Shown: positions 1-13,146 of the stretch, in pieces
Numbering within the stretch: the first letter of the stretch is position 1
Layout of the letters: each line of letters begins with the position of its first letter
NCBI GenBank assembly: GCA_023213395.1
Contig: CM041465.1
Span: 123,015,741 to 123,079,740 of the forward strand
DNA: 64,000 nt
Direction: 5' to 3'
Origin: Cycas panzhihuaensis
Lineage: Eukaryota; Plantae; Cycadophyta
Notes under the pieces: model-generated
Database searches by the model: none
The model's input: the letters and a program-made list of their open reading frames with translations, nothing else
Told to the model about the DNA's origin: nothing
Position numbers and translations under genes: made by a program

Positions 1-1125
1 AAACTAATTTCAACTCCAATGGAAGTTGGACTCAAATTGGTAAAAGAAAACAATGAAAAAATTGTTGATGAAACTCAGACAGCAACTAGTGGGTAGTCTT
101 ATTTATTTGACTAACACTAGACCTGATTTGAGTTATGCTGTTGGTATTGTATCAAGATACATGAATGCTCCTTCAATATCACATTGGAAAGCAGCAAAAC
201 GCATTATGAGATATGTTCAAGGAACTATTCGATTTGGACTCCTATTTCAGAAATCTTCTGAATTTGTACTACGTGGATTCACCGACTCAGACTGGGCAGG
301 AGATGCTGATACAAGAAGATCTACATCGGGATTCATTCACACTCAATTCCGGAATGATCTCATGGAGCAAGAAATTATGCAACGGTTTCTTTGTCATCCA
401 TTGAAGTGAATACAAAGCCCCAAAGAATCGCAACTTCATGAAGCTATTTGACTTAGAGGACTTCTTAGCCACTTCAAACTTGATCAAGATGAACCAACTC
501 AATTATTTTGCGACAATCAAGGTGCAATCCAACTGTCAAAGAATTCAGTTTTCCACGCAAGGAGCAAACACATGGAAATTCATCATCATTTCATTCGAGA
601 ACAAGTTGAAAAAGGAGTAGTTGAATTGGTCTATTGTAGCTCAAGTGATCAAATTGCAGACTTACTTACCAAAGCCTTGAGTCGTGAAAATTTTGAAAGA
701 TTGAGAACATTAATGTTTGTAAGAGAAAATGAACTTATCATTATGGGAGGGTGTTAGAAATAATGCACATTCCATTTCATTTCATTTAAGTTCATTTTAG
801 GTTCATTAGAATAAGTTCTCACATGGAATATTCTATATAAGAATATTCTAGTGAGAGAAGATTCCTAGTCAAAGTTCTAGAAGTCAAAGATGCTCAATTG
901 TTTATGAGGTAGTTTGAGCACACCAAAAATTATGGGGACGTTAGGAGTTTGTTGAACCAACTCCTATGTTTAGACATGGTGTAAACTTATAAATATGCAC
1001 TTGTATCATTCATATTTTTTTAATGAGAATTTTAGAAAGTTTAGTCTTGTTGACGTATCATCACCTCTTGCTTCTTGCATGTGATCTTATGTTGTAAGAT
1101 TAACTTTTATTCCCTCATTCTTACA
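1..1125 (+). mobile_element. Ty1/Copia LTR retrotransposon, 3' end (RT C-terminus, RNase H, PPT, 3' LTR); 5' part lies outside the window
   Basis: Motifs QLVGSLIYLTNTRPDLSYAVGIVSRY, GFTDSDWAGD and [10 protein letters not shown], ending IMGGC* at 757. PPT ATGGGAGGG is followed by TGTTAG at 752. Confidence 0.95.
752..1125 (+). repeat. 3' LTR of Copia element 1 (~374 bp, TG...CA)
   Basis: Begins TGTTAGAAAT directly after the PPT and ends CTCATTCTTACA. Aligns with the reverse complement of 2150-2539. Confidence 0.9.
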
Positions 1126-1210
1126 GAATGCACAGAACAGATACAACAATGTGTAGTAACAGTGCGTCCTATTGAAGGGACCGATTCAAGTTTTGACCTT
1201 TCAGTGTTAA

Positions 1211-1290
1211 TTTCTTGCATTTCACCTTGTTTCTATTGAATTCCATTTGCTTTCTTGCATTTCAACTTGTTTCTATTGAATTCCATTTGC
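1211..1290. repeat. 40-bp tandem duplication
   Basis: TTTCTTGCATTTCA(C/A)CTTGTTTCTATTGAATTCCATTTGC occurs twice. Confidence 0.9.
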
Positions 1291-1322
1291 TTTTTGTTCC
1301 ATTAGTTCAACCATAATTTCAT

Positions 1323-2149
1323 AATGAAGACCGCAGGTGTTTAGGAAACACACCTCCCAAAACTAAAGGCCAAATTGGAGGGGATGTTCACAACATTCCA
1401 AGGAAAAATTAAACAAGCAAGTTAGGGAGATTTCATTTATATGCCACCATTGTATTAGGATATGGAGTTAATGGATCAAATTCTAGTGGCCCTAAAAAGA
1501 GATATATGGAGAGTACAGTTTCATAACAACATGGTCCATGTAGTCACTGGACTTCCCAAGGAAGGGGATGTCCCAGCAGTCACCAAACGATCTATAGTGG
1601 ACCATGAGACCTAGGTGTGTGAGTTATGCAAAGACAACACTCATTTATTTAAGAGGTATTCAGATTGCAGACATTAGGGATGAACAATTGAAATGGGTGG
1701 CCAAAGTGATCGTCACCAAGTTTTCGTCTAAACAAAAACACACTTGCATTCCTAATGGTATGATGCCAGTATTACCTCAGATTCAAGATGAAGTATGACT
1801 TAATTGGTGTGAGTTTTTGGCAACTAGCATGAGGTAGCAGATAAGGGAGATTCAAACTCATCCCTTTTGGCACCCATCACTTCTAGTGGCAATGTTATTC
1901 CAACAGTGCCCCAAAGCCCAACCTCTGCACATGCCTATTCGTCAGGGGGAAACCAACAATGAGGCAATGGGTAAACATTTTTCCCAATACCCTTTAAGAT
2001 TCTGAAATAAAAAGACAAGTGAAGAAAGAAATGATGAAAGTGGTGAAGTGGATTCAACATAAACTTGGCAATCCCATTCCACTCCGCTCTAAATAGGTGA
2101 TGAAGAAGAGTGTAAAACATGGATGTACAAAAGTAGAAGACATTGAATC
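1323..2149 (+). pseudogene. Decayed retrotransposon accessory ORF (plant transposon protein-like); continues at ~8104-8420
   Basis: Reads VHVVTGLPKEG...IRDEQLKWVAKVI...NWCEFLATSMR...FWHPSLL with stops and frameshifts, then an acidic/coiled-coil tail after the Copia insertion. Confidence 0.5.
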
Positions 2150-2539
2150 TGTCTGAATGAGGGGATATGAGCTAGACATATAACATAAAGCACATGCAAA
2201 ATAGCAAGAAGTGACAATACGCCAATATGACGTAACTCTCCTAAAATCTCATTAAGAAAAGTGAATGATACAATACATATATATAACTTTACAATAGTTC
2301 TAAACAGAGGAGGTAGTTTTAACTAATCAAACGCTCCCATGAATTTTGGTGGGCTCAAACTACCTCATTAATAATTGGAGTATCTTTGACTTCTAACAAC
2401 TACTACATTAAAGACATTGACTAAGCATATTCTCTCATAAGAATATTCCCATTAGGAATATTCTATGTGAGAAATTATTCTAATAAAACTTAAATGAATT
2501 TAAATGTACATGAAATGGGAATGCACATTACTTCTAACA
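2150..2539 (-). repeat. 3' LTR of Copia element 2 (390 bp)
   Basis: Bounded by the TSD on the left and the reverse-complement PPT CCCTCCCAT on the right. Confidence 0.9.
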
Positions 2540-5500
2540 CCCTCCCATAATGTTAAGTTCATTTTCTCTTACAAACATCAATGTCCTGAGTCTCTCAAAC
2601 CTCTCACGACTCAAGGCTTTGGTGAATATGTCTGCAATTTGATCCCTTGAGCTATAATAGATCAATTCTACTACACCATTCTCCATTTGCTACGGAATAA
2701 AATGATGATGTATTTCCACATGTTTGGTCCTTGCATGGAAAACTGGATTCTTTAACAATTGGATCACTCATCGATTATCGTAAAATAATAGAGTAGGCTC
2801 ATCTTGAACAAGTTTGAAGTGACTAAAAAGTCCTCTAAGCCAAATGGTTTCATAAGTTGCTGTTATTGCAGCTTTGTATTCAGGTTTTGTAGATGACGAC
2901 GAAACTGTTGGTTGTAATTTGCTGCTCCATGAGATCAAACCAGAACTAAGTGCAAATGCATATCCTGATGTAGATTTTCCTTTATCAGCATCTCCTGCCC
3001 AATCTGAGTCGGTGAAGCCATGTAATATAAATTCAGAAGATTTCTGAAATAGCAGTCCAAACTGAATAATTCCACGAACATATCTCAGAATGTGTTCTAC
3101 TGCTTTCCAATGTGATATGGAAGGAACACTCATATATCTTGATACAACACTAACATCAAAACTCAAATCAGGTCTAATGTTAGTCAAATATATAAGACTT
3201 CCCACCAGTTGCATGTATAGAGTTTTATCTATTATTTTGTCATCAGTTTGCTTTACTAATTTGAGGCCAACTTCGGAGTAGCAATTGGTTTACAATTTTC
3301 TATATGGAAGCATTTTAACAAGTCATAGGTATACTTTGACTGAGATACAAAGATATGATCTTTCTTCTACCATATTTCCATCCCTAGGTAGAAGTGTAAT
3401 AGACCAAGATCAGTCATTTCAAAAGCTTTTGATAGTTGCTTTTTGAGCATGCTGATCTTTTCAATATTACAATTAGTCAAAATAAGATCATCCACATACA
3501 AAGCTACAATTAGAATTTTATCATTCTCATGCAACACATACAAACTATGATCTGATTCACATCTTGTGAATCCAAGAGAGATGAAATATTCATCAATGTG
3601 TGAGTACCACGCCCTTGGTGCCTGCTTAAGCCCATAAAGAGCTTTCTTCAACTTGCAAACAAGCTACTCACTTCCAATCTTCTCAAACCCTTCTGGTTGT
3701 TTCATGTAGACTTCTTCATCCAGAATGTCATTCAAGAAAGCATTCTTTACATCCATCTAATGAAAGCTCTCAACCAAACTGAGTTGCAAGAGAAATTAAC
3801 ATCCGGATAGTAGTCATTTTCACTACAGGTGCGAAAGTCTCCTTATAATCAATTATGGGTGTTTGAGCATAGCCTTTTGCAACAAGTTGAGCCTTGTATC
3901 TTTCAATAGCACCATTGGATTGATACTTGACTCAATACAACCACCTGCAATCGATTACCTTTTTGCTTGGAGGTAACTCGACAAGATCCCAAGTGTCGTT
4001 CTTCATGATAGAGTCATACTCTTCCTTCATGGTTGTTTGCCAATAAGCCACATCTTTGGCTTCATGGAATGTTTGTGGCTCATCAACACTTAAGATATTT
4101 GTCATTGAAGCAAGATTGGTTTTACTTCTTGTTTGAACTCCTAAATCAAGATTCACTTTTCCAAAATCTTGAATGGTTTGCAAATACCATTTTGGCAATT
4201 TCTTTTGAGAAGAACCAGGAATAGATGTAGAGGGAGGAATAGAAGAAGTGGAAGCTTCACCATGATCACTTTCTTTGCTTTCCTCACCCTCTCTAGTTTC
4301 TTTTCCTTTATGTTTTTCTTTTTCTTCAACGGGTACAATAAGCTGATCATCATCATCAGTTTCTTGAAACAAAACATCTCTACTAAGGACAATCTTCTTG
4401 TCAGAGAGACTCCAAAGCCTACATGCTTTTGATGTCATGCTATATCCCTATAAGAATACATTTTGTACTCTTGTCATCAAGTTTGTGCCTTCTTTCATCT
4501 GGCACATGTACATATGCAATACATCCAAAAATTTGAAGATGTGAAGCAAAAGGCTTTACATTAGTCCATGCTTCCTCAGGAGTCATATTTCTAACTGCCT
4601 TAGTAGGACTAATATTTAGCAAGTACACAATTGTATTAATAGCTTCTCTCCAAAGTCCTCTAGGAACATTTCTTGCCTTCATCATACATCATGCCATTTC
4701 AAGAATGGTACGATTCTTCCGCTCTGCAACACTATTTTGTTGTGGAGTGTATGCAGTTGTAAGTTGATGTTGTAGTATGCCATGACTTTTACAAAAGTTG
4801 ATGAATTTATTAGATAAATATTCGCCTCCGCTATCACTCCTCAAGATTTTAATCCTTTTATTAGAAAGATTCTCAAATTCAGCTTTGAATTCTCTAAACT
4901 TTGTGAAAGCATCTGACTTGTGTTTGATAAGATACACCCAACATCTTCTTGTAAAATCATCAATGAAAGTGATGAAGTATTGTGCTCCTCCATATGAGAA
5001 TGGTGAAATCGGCCCACATAAGTCAAAGTATACCAACTCTAACTTCTCCCTAGCTCGCCATTTTGATTTCTGGAATGGTTCTCTGTGCTGCTTCCCAAGT
5101 GCACAAACTTCACAAACTTTGTCAGTTTTCTTGATTGAAGGCAAATCATTCACCATATTCAACCTATGCATAAGTTGAAGACTGGTATAATTCAAATGAC
5201 CATATCGGTCATGCCGTAAAGTGTCAAATGAATTTTAAGTGACAAGTCCAAGCTCATAAGTGCCAGAGAATTTATAGACTCCATTCTCATGAACACCTTG
5301 AGCAATTACAACATTGTCTTTCTTCATCAAACACTTTGACTTATCAAATTCTACCTTGATATCTTGCTTAGTTATACAACTGATAGATAATAAGTTGTGC
5401 TTGAAGGAGGGTACAAGTAACACATTTGAAACCTTGAAGGTTCCATAACTTGGCTGATGAATGCTAATGGTGCCACAACCAACAACTTGATGCTGACTAT

Positions 5501-6513
5501 TATCTCCAAATACAATGTGAGGAATGCTACAATCTTTTAAATCTTGAAACCAATCTTTGTGATAGGTGATATGTTTAGATGCTCCAGAATCAACATACCA
5601 TTCACATGGATTTTGGCTTGTAGCATTGAATACAAATACTTTGTCATTTTCTTTTGTTGACAAAGCAGTAGTCGTCTTCTTCATGTCAACTTTCTTTTGT
5701 TGACAAAGCAGTAGTCGTCTTCTTCATGTCAACTTTCTTTTTCCAACATTGCTTCTCAAAGTGTCCTTTTTTGTTGCAATATTTGTAAACAACATCACAT
5801 TTTTGTTTTTGAGTGTTGTTGTTTGCTTGAAGTTGTTGTTTTGGAACATTATTTGAAGGTTTTTTCTTGAACTTTGATGCAAGTACAATAGTAATACTTC
5901 CATCATGATCATAGAAACCCATGTGTTGTTCCTCTTGCAACAATAAGCCACCTAATTCCTCAAATGTTAGAGGTTCCGATCGACTTGTAAGACATAAGCT
6001 TGTCACAAATATATGGAATCTTTCATATAAATTATTCAATGTTATGCTTACAAGTTCTTTATCTTGTATGACTTCACCTACTGCCACAAGATTTTCTTTA
6101 ATCTCTTTCAAATTCTGCAAATGTGAAGTGATAGAGTCATTATTTGACATTTTACATGAATAGAACAGATTTCTAAGGTACAAGACTCTTGTTTCATTTT
6201 TTGTTTCAAATAAATCTCTAAGAGTCTTCCATGCATCTGATGCTAGCGTCTTGCCTTGAAGATGAGTGATCAACTCATCAGCTACAGACAGATTAATAAT
6301 GGCTAATGCCCTTTGATTTCTATCAAACCACGTTGCTTCTTCGATCTCATCAATTGGGTCTGCTTCAACATTTTTATCCTTTCCTTCCACAATCTCCATA
6401 AGCCTTTGTAAGGCTAAAATGTTGGAAATTTTAAACTTCCACGTTACATAATTCTTGCCATCTAACTTTTGTGAATCAGGCAAAATATATGCTTCAATAT
6501 TCACAAAGGCCAT
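2534..6513 (-). pseudogene. Copia gag-pol polyprotein (frameshifted, with stops)
   Basis: gag LDGKNYVTWK with zinc-knuckle remnant YCNKKGHFEKQCW; PR WYVDSGASKH; INT CEVC...DLCGP...LRSDSGGEY...AERKNRT; RT KKALYGLKQAPRAW and LYVDDL; RH FTDSDWAGD. Confidence 0.95.
5648..5733. repeat. 43-bp perfect tandem duplication frameshifting the gag-protease junction
   Basis: TTTCTTTTGTTGACAAAGCAGTAGTCGTCTTCTTCATGTCAAC occurs twice; MKKTTTALSTKE appears in two frames. Confidence 0.95.
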
Positions 6514-7673
6514 GATAATTTCGTAACTTAGAAGATTATTTGAGAGAATACTTATGCTACCGCAAGTATGAGTTTTTAACCTTACTCAGTGATCGCAAGG
6601 TAGTTGAAACTATTCTTCAAGATACAATCAAAAACAATAGTTAAAACAATAAGAAGAGGTCAATATTCAAGTAAGTATATTCAAAAGAATATAATACAAT
6701 AAATCCTCTTAATGATGCCACAAGATACTTTAAAGAGGATTCAACAACAATTTTTAATTCTCAATATATGACCTTCTAAGAGGAACAATTCTTACATGTA
6801 TTAACGAAATTGATCCTTAATAAATGACCTTACTTTAGCAAAAATAGTACAAAAGAATATACTTATTTGACATTAAAACCTAAAACTATAGAAATAGGCT
6901 TATAATTAAAAAAGGTATATTCTTTAAGAATATGCTAATTTTTATAACATAAAGTTATAAACATTAGCCTTAAAATATGTATAAGTCAAATATTCGCTGC
7001 AAATTTTCTACTGGCGATGGAATTTGTAGGCAACCTGATCGTCACCCATCTATCTCCTATCTGACGACTTTCTTTCTCCTGTCAAGCCTCCGTCCATCTC
7101 TACACCTTTGTTTAGTGGCAGTCTATCGTTCTATGCAGCCTTCGTCCGCTGACTACACCTCCGTCTAGCCTTTGCCCGGTCTCTGCACCTCATCTAGCGC
7201 CCGTCTTCCTTCCGTGCGGCAACTGTACCAACGTTTGGCCTCCGTCTTCCTTCCGTCCGACGTATGCACCTTCGTCTGGCCCCTACACCTTTCATGCAGC
7301 TGCTACGACTTTCGTAAGGCCTGGTTACAGCCCATCTAGACACTGCACCTGTCATGCAACTACTACGACTTTCGTAAGGCCTGGTTACGAAGAGTTACCA
7401 TCCTTCGGCTCTGTTATGAACTATTCTCACTCTGTGTGATTCTGTCTTCCACCCGTCTGATACTTACTGGCAGCGCAGGGCTAGCAATGGCCTATGAAAG
7501 ACAAATCAAAGCATAGAGCAAACACAGGATGAAAGTTTACAAGCAGACAACCACTGTTGTACCAATTAAATGGTGACAAAAGTTCATAAATCAAGGCAAG
7601 AGCAGAGAATTCGGGACAATATTAGGAGCTCAGACATAGAGGAATGAAAGACACAAGTGTAAAAACCCTATTA

Positions 7674-7685
7674 GCTCTGATACCA
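7674..7685 (-). promoter_or_regulatory. Primer-binding site (tRNA-iMet)
   Basis: Reverse complement reads TGGTATCAGAGC. Confidence 0.95.
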
Positions 7686-8098
7686 TGTTGGAAGAGAGTG
7701 AATAGGAGTAGGACACATAGTATAAAGCACATGTAAAAGAATCACAAGAGATGACAATGCACTAACATATCACAACTCTCCAACAATCTCTCTTCTTAGA
7801 AAACATAATAGAGTACATAATATATAGATTACAGATGTACCAAAGATAGGAATTAATTTTAACCATATCATAATGGTTAATTAACTACTCCCTTAAAATA
7901 TGGTAGGCTATCAACTACCATATTTAATAGTTCAACCATCTTTGACTCCTACTAACCAACACATTAATGACTTTGACTAGGAATATTCAACTAAGAATAT
8001 TCTCTCACCAGAATATTCCATATGAGGAAATATTCTAATTATATGAAATAAAATGAACTTAGATAAACATGTCATGGGAATGTACATTATTTCCAACA
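7686..8098 (-). repeat. 5' LTR of Copia element 2 (413 bp)
   Basis: TGTTGG...CCAACA termini, adjacent to the PBS and the TSD. Confidence 0.9.
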
Positions 8099-11000
8099 GA
8101 ATCCACACCATCACTCAATGAATGGGAGATGGAGCCACCATTCCCCATAGTCATAGAGTCGGGAGAAGTATTCTCTCAACAATAAAATCTTTTGGAGGAT
8201 AAGGGTAAACAATTAATCTAGTTGGTGGAGGAAATGGAGAAAGGGAATAAGGTGGAAATTACAACCATACAGGAAAAATTAAAGGAGAAAGACATGATAA
8301 TTGCCACATGGGCCCAGATTAACAATGATTTGCCCAAGGCCACTGAGATTGTAGATGATCTCAGATTACAAGGGTAGTCCTAGTTCAGAGGAAGACATTA
8401 CAAAATTTTGGAATTTTCAATTTTTATTTTTTGAGCAAAGATGCTCAATCGCATTTTGTTGACCCAGGATAGATGTTGGGGTCAAATCTGACACCTGTGC
8501 ATTTGGGCAATGGAACAGATGGTAATTGGTAGTCAACAAAACATTGTGAGTGTAGATTAGCAACCCAAAAAGCATCTGAACAATGGAATGCATAAGAATT
8601 TGGCAAAAAATAACAGAAAAGCCCCCAGGGGAACGCATGACAAGTTGCATTATGAAACAAGGATGCACAACAAAACAACACTAGAACTGGAACACATGAA
8701 GAACGCATGGACCAGAACAAGTAGAATGCAAGCCAATGACAACCAAAATTGTACGGGCACATGGGTAGATGATTGAAACAAGAATGATTGAGTCTAATCA
8801 TTAGTTAATGAGTGGATTAATTATCAAGAGGTGTGTTTAATGTAAAAGGGACAATCGTTTCCCAAGAGGCATGCATGGGATATTTATGGGTCATTCTCTC
8901 ACCATGTTGAGTGTGAAAGCTGAGTTATTCTATCCTATGGCATGTTTTCTAGTACAAATGGCTAGTGTATTGCACTATTGAGGAAGTTATAGTGACAAAT
9001 AGCCATATGATGGAGTGAAATTGATGTAAAATAGTGACACTGCTTAATGAAATTACCGAGTTACATGGAAAATGTATCTTCTATGTGCTTATGGCTAATT
9101 TATGATGATGTGATGGATGAAAATGTTGTGATTACTGCATTATTGTGGACTTTTATGGCATATTGTGTGTAATTAACTTGTATGTTGACAAGAAGCCCTA
9201 GTCTAGACTACTTGACGTGGTCTTTGACAAGTGTAATTTTCATAGGGTGAAAGTGAAAGTCAACAACATTCATGATCATACTGAAAGGGCTCGAAGGAGA
9301 AATCAAAAGGTGTTACAATAAGCAATTGCAAAATAGAATCTAAGCGAGCAAACAAAGAGGGTTTATCTCATCCATAATAACTATTCTATTTTCATTGAGG
9401 AGGAGAGATATCAATAGGAATTTTGGTGTTTCAGGTTCATAGGAGGGAAGGAATAATTTGTTGTCATCTTTGCAACATCATTGCCACTTGTTATTGTAGG
9501 TCCAATGCTCTAAGTAACAAGTTACCATTGAAATTCATCATGCCAGTGTTGATCTGTAGCCGTCATTTCATTTTTACACCCCCATGGTGAAGAACCTAGT
9601 TCTAGCATCCAATTGTGGGTGTGAGCAGAAGTGATTCCATTTGGAGTTAAGAAGTTGCATGGAAGACCAAATCTAGCACATTGTAGAAGAATAGTTGTAA
9701 ATCTGGGGAGAGAGTGCATGATTATGCAGCAAAAATTTGTACGTATTTAGAAATTAGGCACAACTCACAAGCATAGAAGAGATTATACCTCGTGCGAGTG
9801 TGCAGAGAGTCACCAAGCATAAGATCCAAATAATTTCGAATTGTAGAGTGAATATAATCAAATAACTGGCAAATTTACAAAGAGGAAGAAACGGATTTAG
9901 GTGGAATCATCATTGTGGAACAATTAAGATGACGAGATAGCCCTACAGCAGAAGAAATCAAAGAATCGAGTGGTGAATCAAGTGACTACAGTGACGAGAC
10001 AGAGATAAACAGACCTAGTAGCATGACTTACGCCTACCATGAGCTGGTTATACCCACACAAACAAAAGGAAATTCAACACTCAATGCAGCAAAAAAATAA
10101 AACTCTCAAAAGGGCTATTACAACGAGGCGTAGTGGCAGTTTTCGATGCAGAGGCATCATCATGAAGTGAATGCCCTAGCAGTATCTCCATGCAGAATTC
10201 ATTGCAAGACTATCTTGCTGTAGGAAATTCATTGTAGGTTTTTGGAATCTAGTTGAGATGATATGTTTAAAGAGATTAAATTAGTTTGAATCTTGCACTA
10301 AGATCCATAGCCCCTAGTTGCCATCAGAGTTATATGGTGACCATGGAAAACTAGGGGGTAAAACCCAAAAAGGGCTAGTAACAATCCTTTGTTCTTTTTT
10401 TCTTTTTCAGTTTTGCTTTTCAAAGAGGGTACACCCAGATGGTTTCATCCATAACTTTGGCTACAAGTATCTAATTCATGTTTCGTCTGAACTGTTAGAA
10501 TCCTGGTTCATAAACCCTCATTTTGAATGCTCACAAGGCACTAATCTAATCAATATTCATGTAGATTTTAACCCGTGAAGTTGCAACTCTTACTAACAAA
10601 AAAAAGGTTGGAAGACCTAGCAATATTAATGGAGACGATACACTTAGGTCTTAAATTTCAAAATATCCAAAAATTCTACCCAAGGGGAAGCGTGGCAGCT
10701 AAAGGATGGCTTCAACATGTCAAGACATACTATAAACCCTTACCAAATACAAAACGCAATGTTTACAAGTCATGTGTACAACTCAACTTGGCAAGAGAAA
10801 CTCTTGATTGGTTCATTAATTGGTCTAGTAATGAAAAATGCTCAATGATTGGTTTTGGTTTCGATCTTCATTTCGTGTAGTAACTAAACAATGGGAGCAA
10901 GACAAAGAAATTCGAAATAACTCAACTCTAGAGGACGCAAAAGACAAGCATCAAGAAGTAACATATCACAAGGAAGACGAAGCTCAAGAGGAAGAAGCAC

Positions 11001-12428
11001 ATCAACATCAACTAGTGTATGAGAAATGTGAAGATGCCAAAGAATTAAAGCAAGTAAACGAACAAACAAAATAAGCAGGAGAGTGGACCATTGATAGAGA
11101 GATTTAGGAATCCCTACAAAACATGAAACTGAACCAATTTAGGTGCAACAACACAGCAAGACTGAAGACACAAAGTAGATGGAGATGAAGATTAAGCACC
11201 TGGTAGAAGAAGCTAAAAAGGTACTAGCTGCAACAAACCATTATGACAAACTTCTTATGCAAGAGCAACACGAAGTCCTTAACAAGCAATTCAGAGAGGA
11301 CTTAATGAAGAAGAACTTAAGTAGGACACAGAAGAAGTCAGGCAATCAAGCAAATCCCACAAGGTATTTGACATGGTTCCTAATCTTGTTTTGCACTTGC
11401 ACATTCCCTTTGGTAGTTCCATCTTTCTTCTTCTTTTCCATCCTCAATAGTTGTATGGGAAACCTCTCCCCTTTACCCCATAGTTGTCTAAACTCCTAAG
11501 CCCTGAACCCCAAATTCTTTGTAGGACAAATCCTAGTCTCTCTTCACAACCCTAACCCATCTCATTGTTCACGTGTTTCTTCATGCCTTAAAGAATTTCT
11601 TCAGTAGGATATTTTAAACGTTCCATCATCCCTTCATCACATTCCACCTCCCACTACAATGATTGCTCGTTATGAGACCTCCTCTTCTTTGTCCACACCT
11701 TCCTCACTTCTATACAACCAACACTCTTTTTTTTCCATTAAGTTCTTCATCTAGTCCTACCCTCATTTCTGAACCCCTATGAAAAAATTTTCCCATAAAG
11801 AGCGCCTATCACTAATCCTACATCCATCTTATTTCTCTACAATCTCTAGTTGCCTAACCAACACCATACTAATCCTAACCTCTATTCGAATCAATTTCCA
11901 AACTCCCTATACTTATCACTGTATATCTCTTTTATCCATGTTTCCTACACATTCAAATCTATCGCTAATCACCTCATTGAACCCCACTTCTCCTACTCCT
12001 TCTTGCATCATGCAATCATCGTTATATGACCCTTATGAACATTTTTTTGCTTACCCACCAAAGGCATCTTATTACCTCCCCATAAAGCTTTATCAGTATT
12101 CTCTACACCCCTCATCCCTCAATCAAGACCAATTGAGGGCAAGATGTACAACCACAAAACAAGATTTTGGCCAAGGCCTATCAGCACCACACAAGTCCCA
12201 AGATTGCTTATGCACAAAACGAGATACAACATGCACTAGGTCCTAGAGACAAGCATCTATAGGTTACTCATCAACAATCTCCAATAGAAGACACAAGATT
12301 GGACCCAACTTTTATGACATACGAGACTTACCGGGTGGCAAATTGAAAAACTTATCAAGGCAACACCAAGTAGCTCCACATTTGACTATCTATACTTCAA
12401 GGGCAAAGTATTTCAAGGGGAGGGGAAT

Positions 12429-12872
12429 TGTAACGTTCCTAATTATTAATGTGAAGTCAGTATTTTAGGAGAGATGTGAAGTTGGTTTTTAGGAAAATAA
12501 GGAAGCTTTATTAGTGTGAAATCGGTATTTTTAGGAAAGAGAATTAGAAGTCAATTTTAGAGAGAGAAAAGTAGGGCTCTAAATAGAAATCATTATTCAT
12601 TTGTCAATCATCTTTTGTAGAATTGATATTTTGATCTAAACTACTAGCTTAGAGCCATTAGGGCACATTGTACCATTTGAGAGGAAATCCTCGCCTCAAA
12701 AAGGCCATTTTACTTTGAAGGATTTCGCTGATATTTATTTATTTTTCTGTTGCAAATCTGATGTTAATCTAATATTATTCTGCAATTTGCTTTTATCTGT
12801 TATTACTATTGAAATAATATGATGTATGAAGGCTAAGATTTTATCACTCTGAAATTACTGAGACATCTAACA
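12429..12872 (+). repeat. 3' LTR of the Gypsy-like element (right boundary approximate)
   Basis: TGTAAC start after the PPT, internal GAAGTC repeats, ends ...CATCTAACA. Its start resembles the solo LTR at 15090. Confidence 0.7.
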
Positions 12873-13146
12873 TTATCCATGTTGACATGGTTATTTGATG
12901 AATATTTTATGTTGTGTATGGTGTTATCTCTATTAATTTATGGTGGGCATTGCCATAAACACCACCATAAGAAAGTAGGCATTATAAAGCGCAAACATAC
13001 AAGGCATGGTTCTAGCCTAGGGCTAGGGGCAATGCATATAGGACTTTTCATTCGAGACCAACATGCGAAACTTACAATTTAACTTGAATTTAAAATGATA
13101 TACTTTTGATTGATTATATTAATGTTTGAGGTATGGAAGGCCAGCC

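Larger units (their letters stand above)
2150..8098 (-). mobile_element. Full-length Ty1/Copia element, 5949 bp, TSD GAATC
   Basis: GAATC at 2145-2149 and 8099-8103. LTRs at 2150-2539 and 7686-8098, PBS at 7674-7685, PPT at 2540-2548. Domain order gag-PR-INT-RT-RH. Confidence 0.95.
1126..12872 (+). mobile_element. Degenerate Gypsy-like element 3' region with accessory ORF remnants, PPT and 3' LTR; interrupted by the Copia at 2150-8098
   Basis: Ends in AAGGGCAAAGTATTTCAAGGGGAGGGGAAT|TGTAAC (12399-12434), resembling the chromovirus PPT context at ~19600-19633. The reading frame continues across the Copia insertion (VEDIES|TPSLNEW). Confidence 0.6.
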
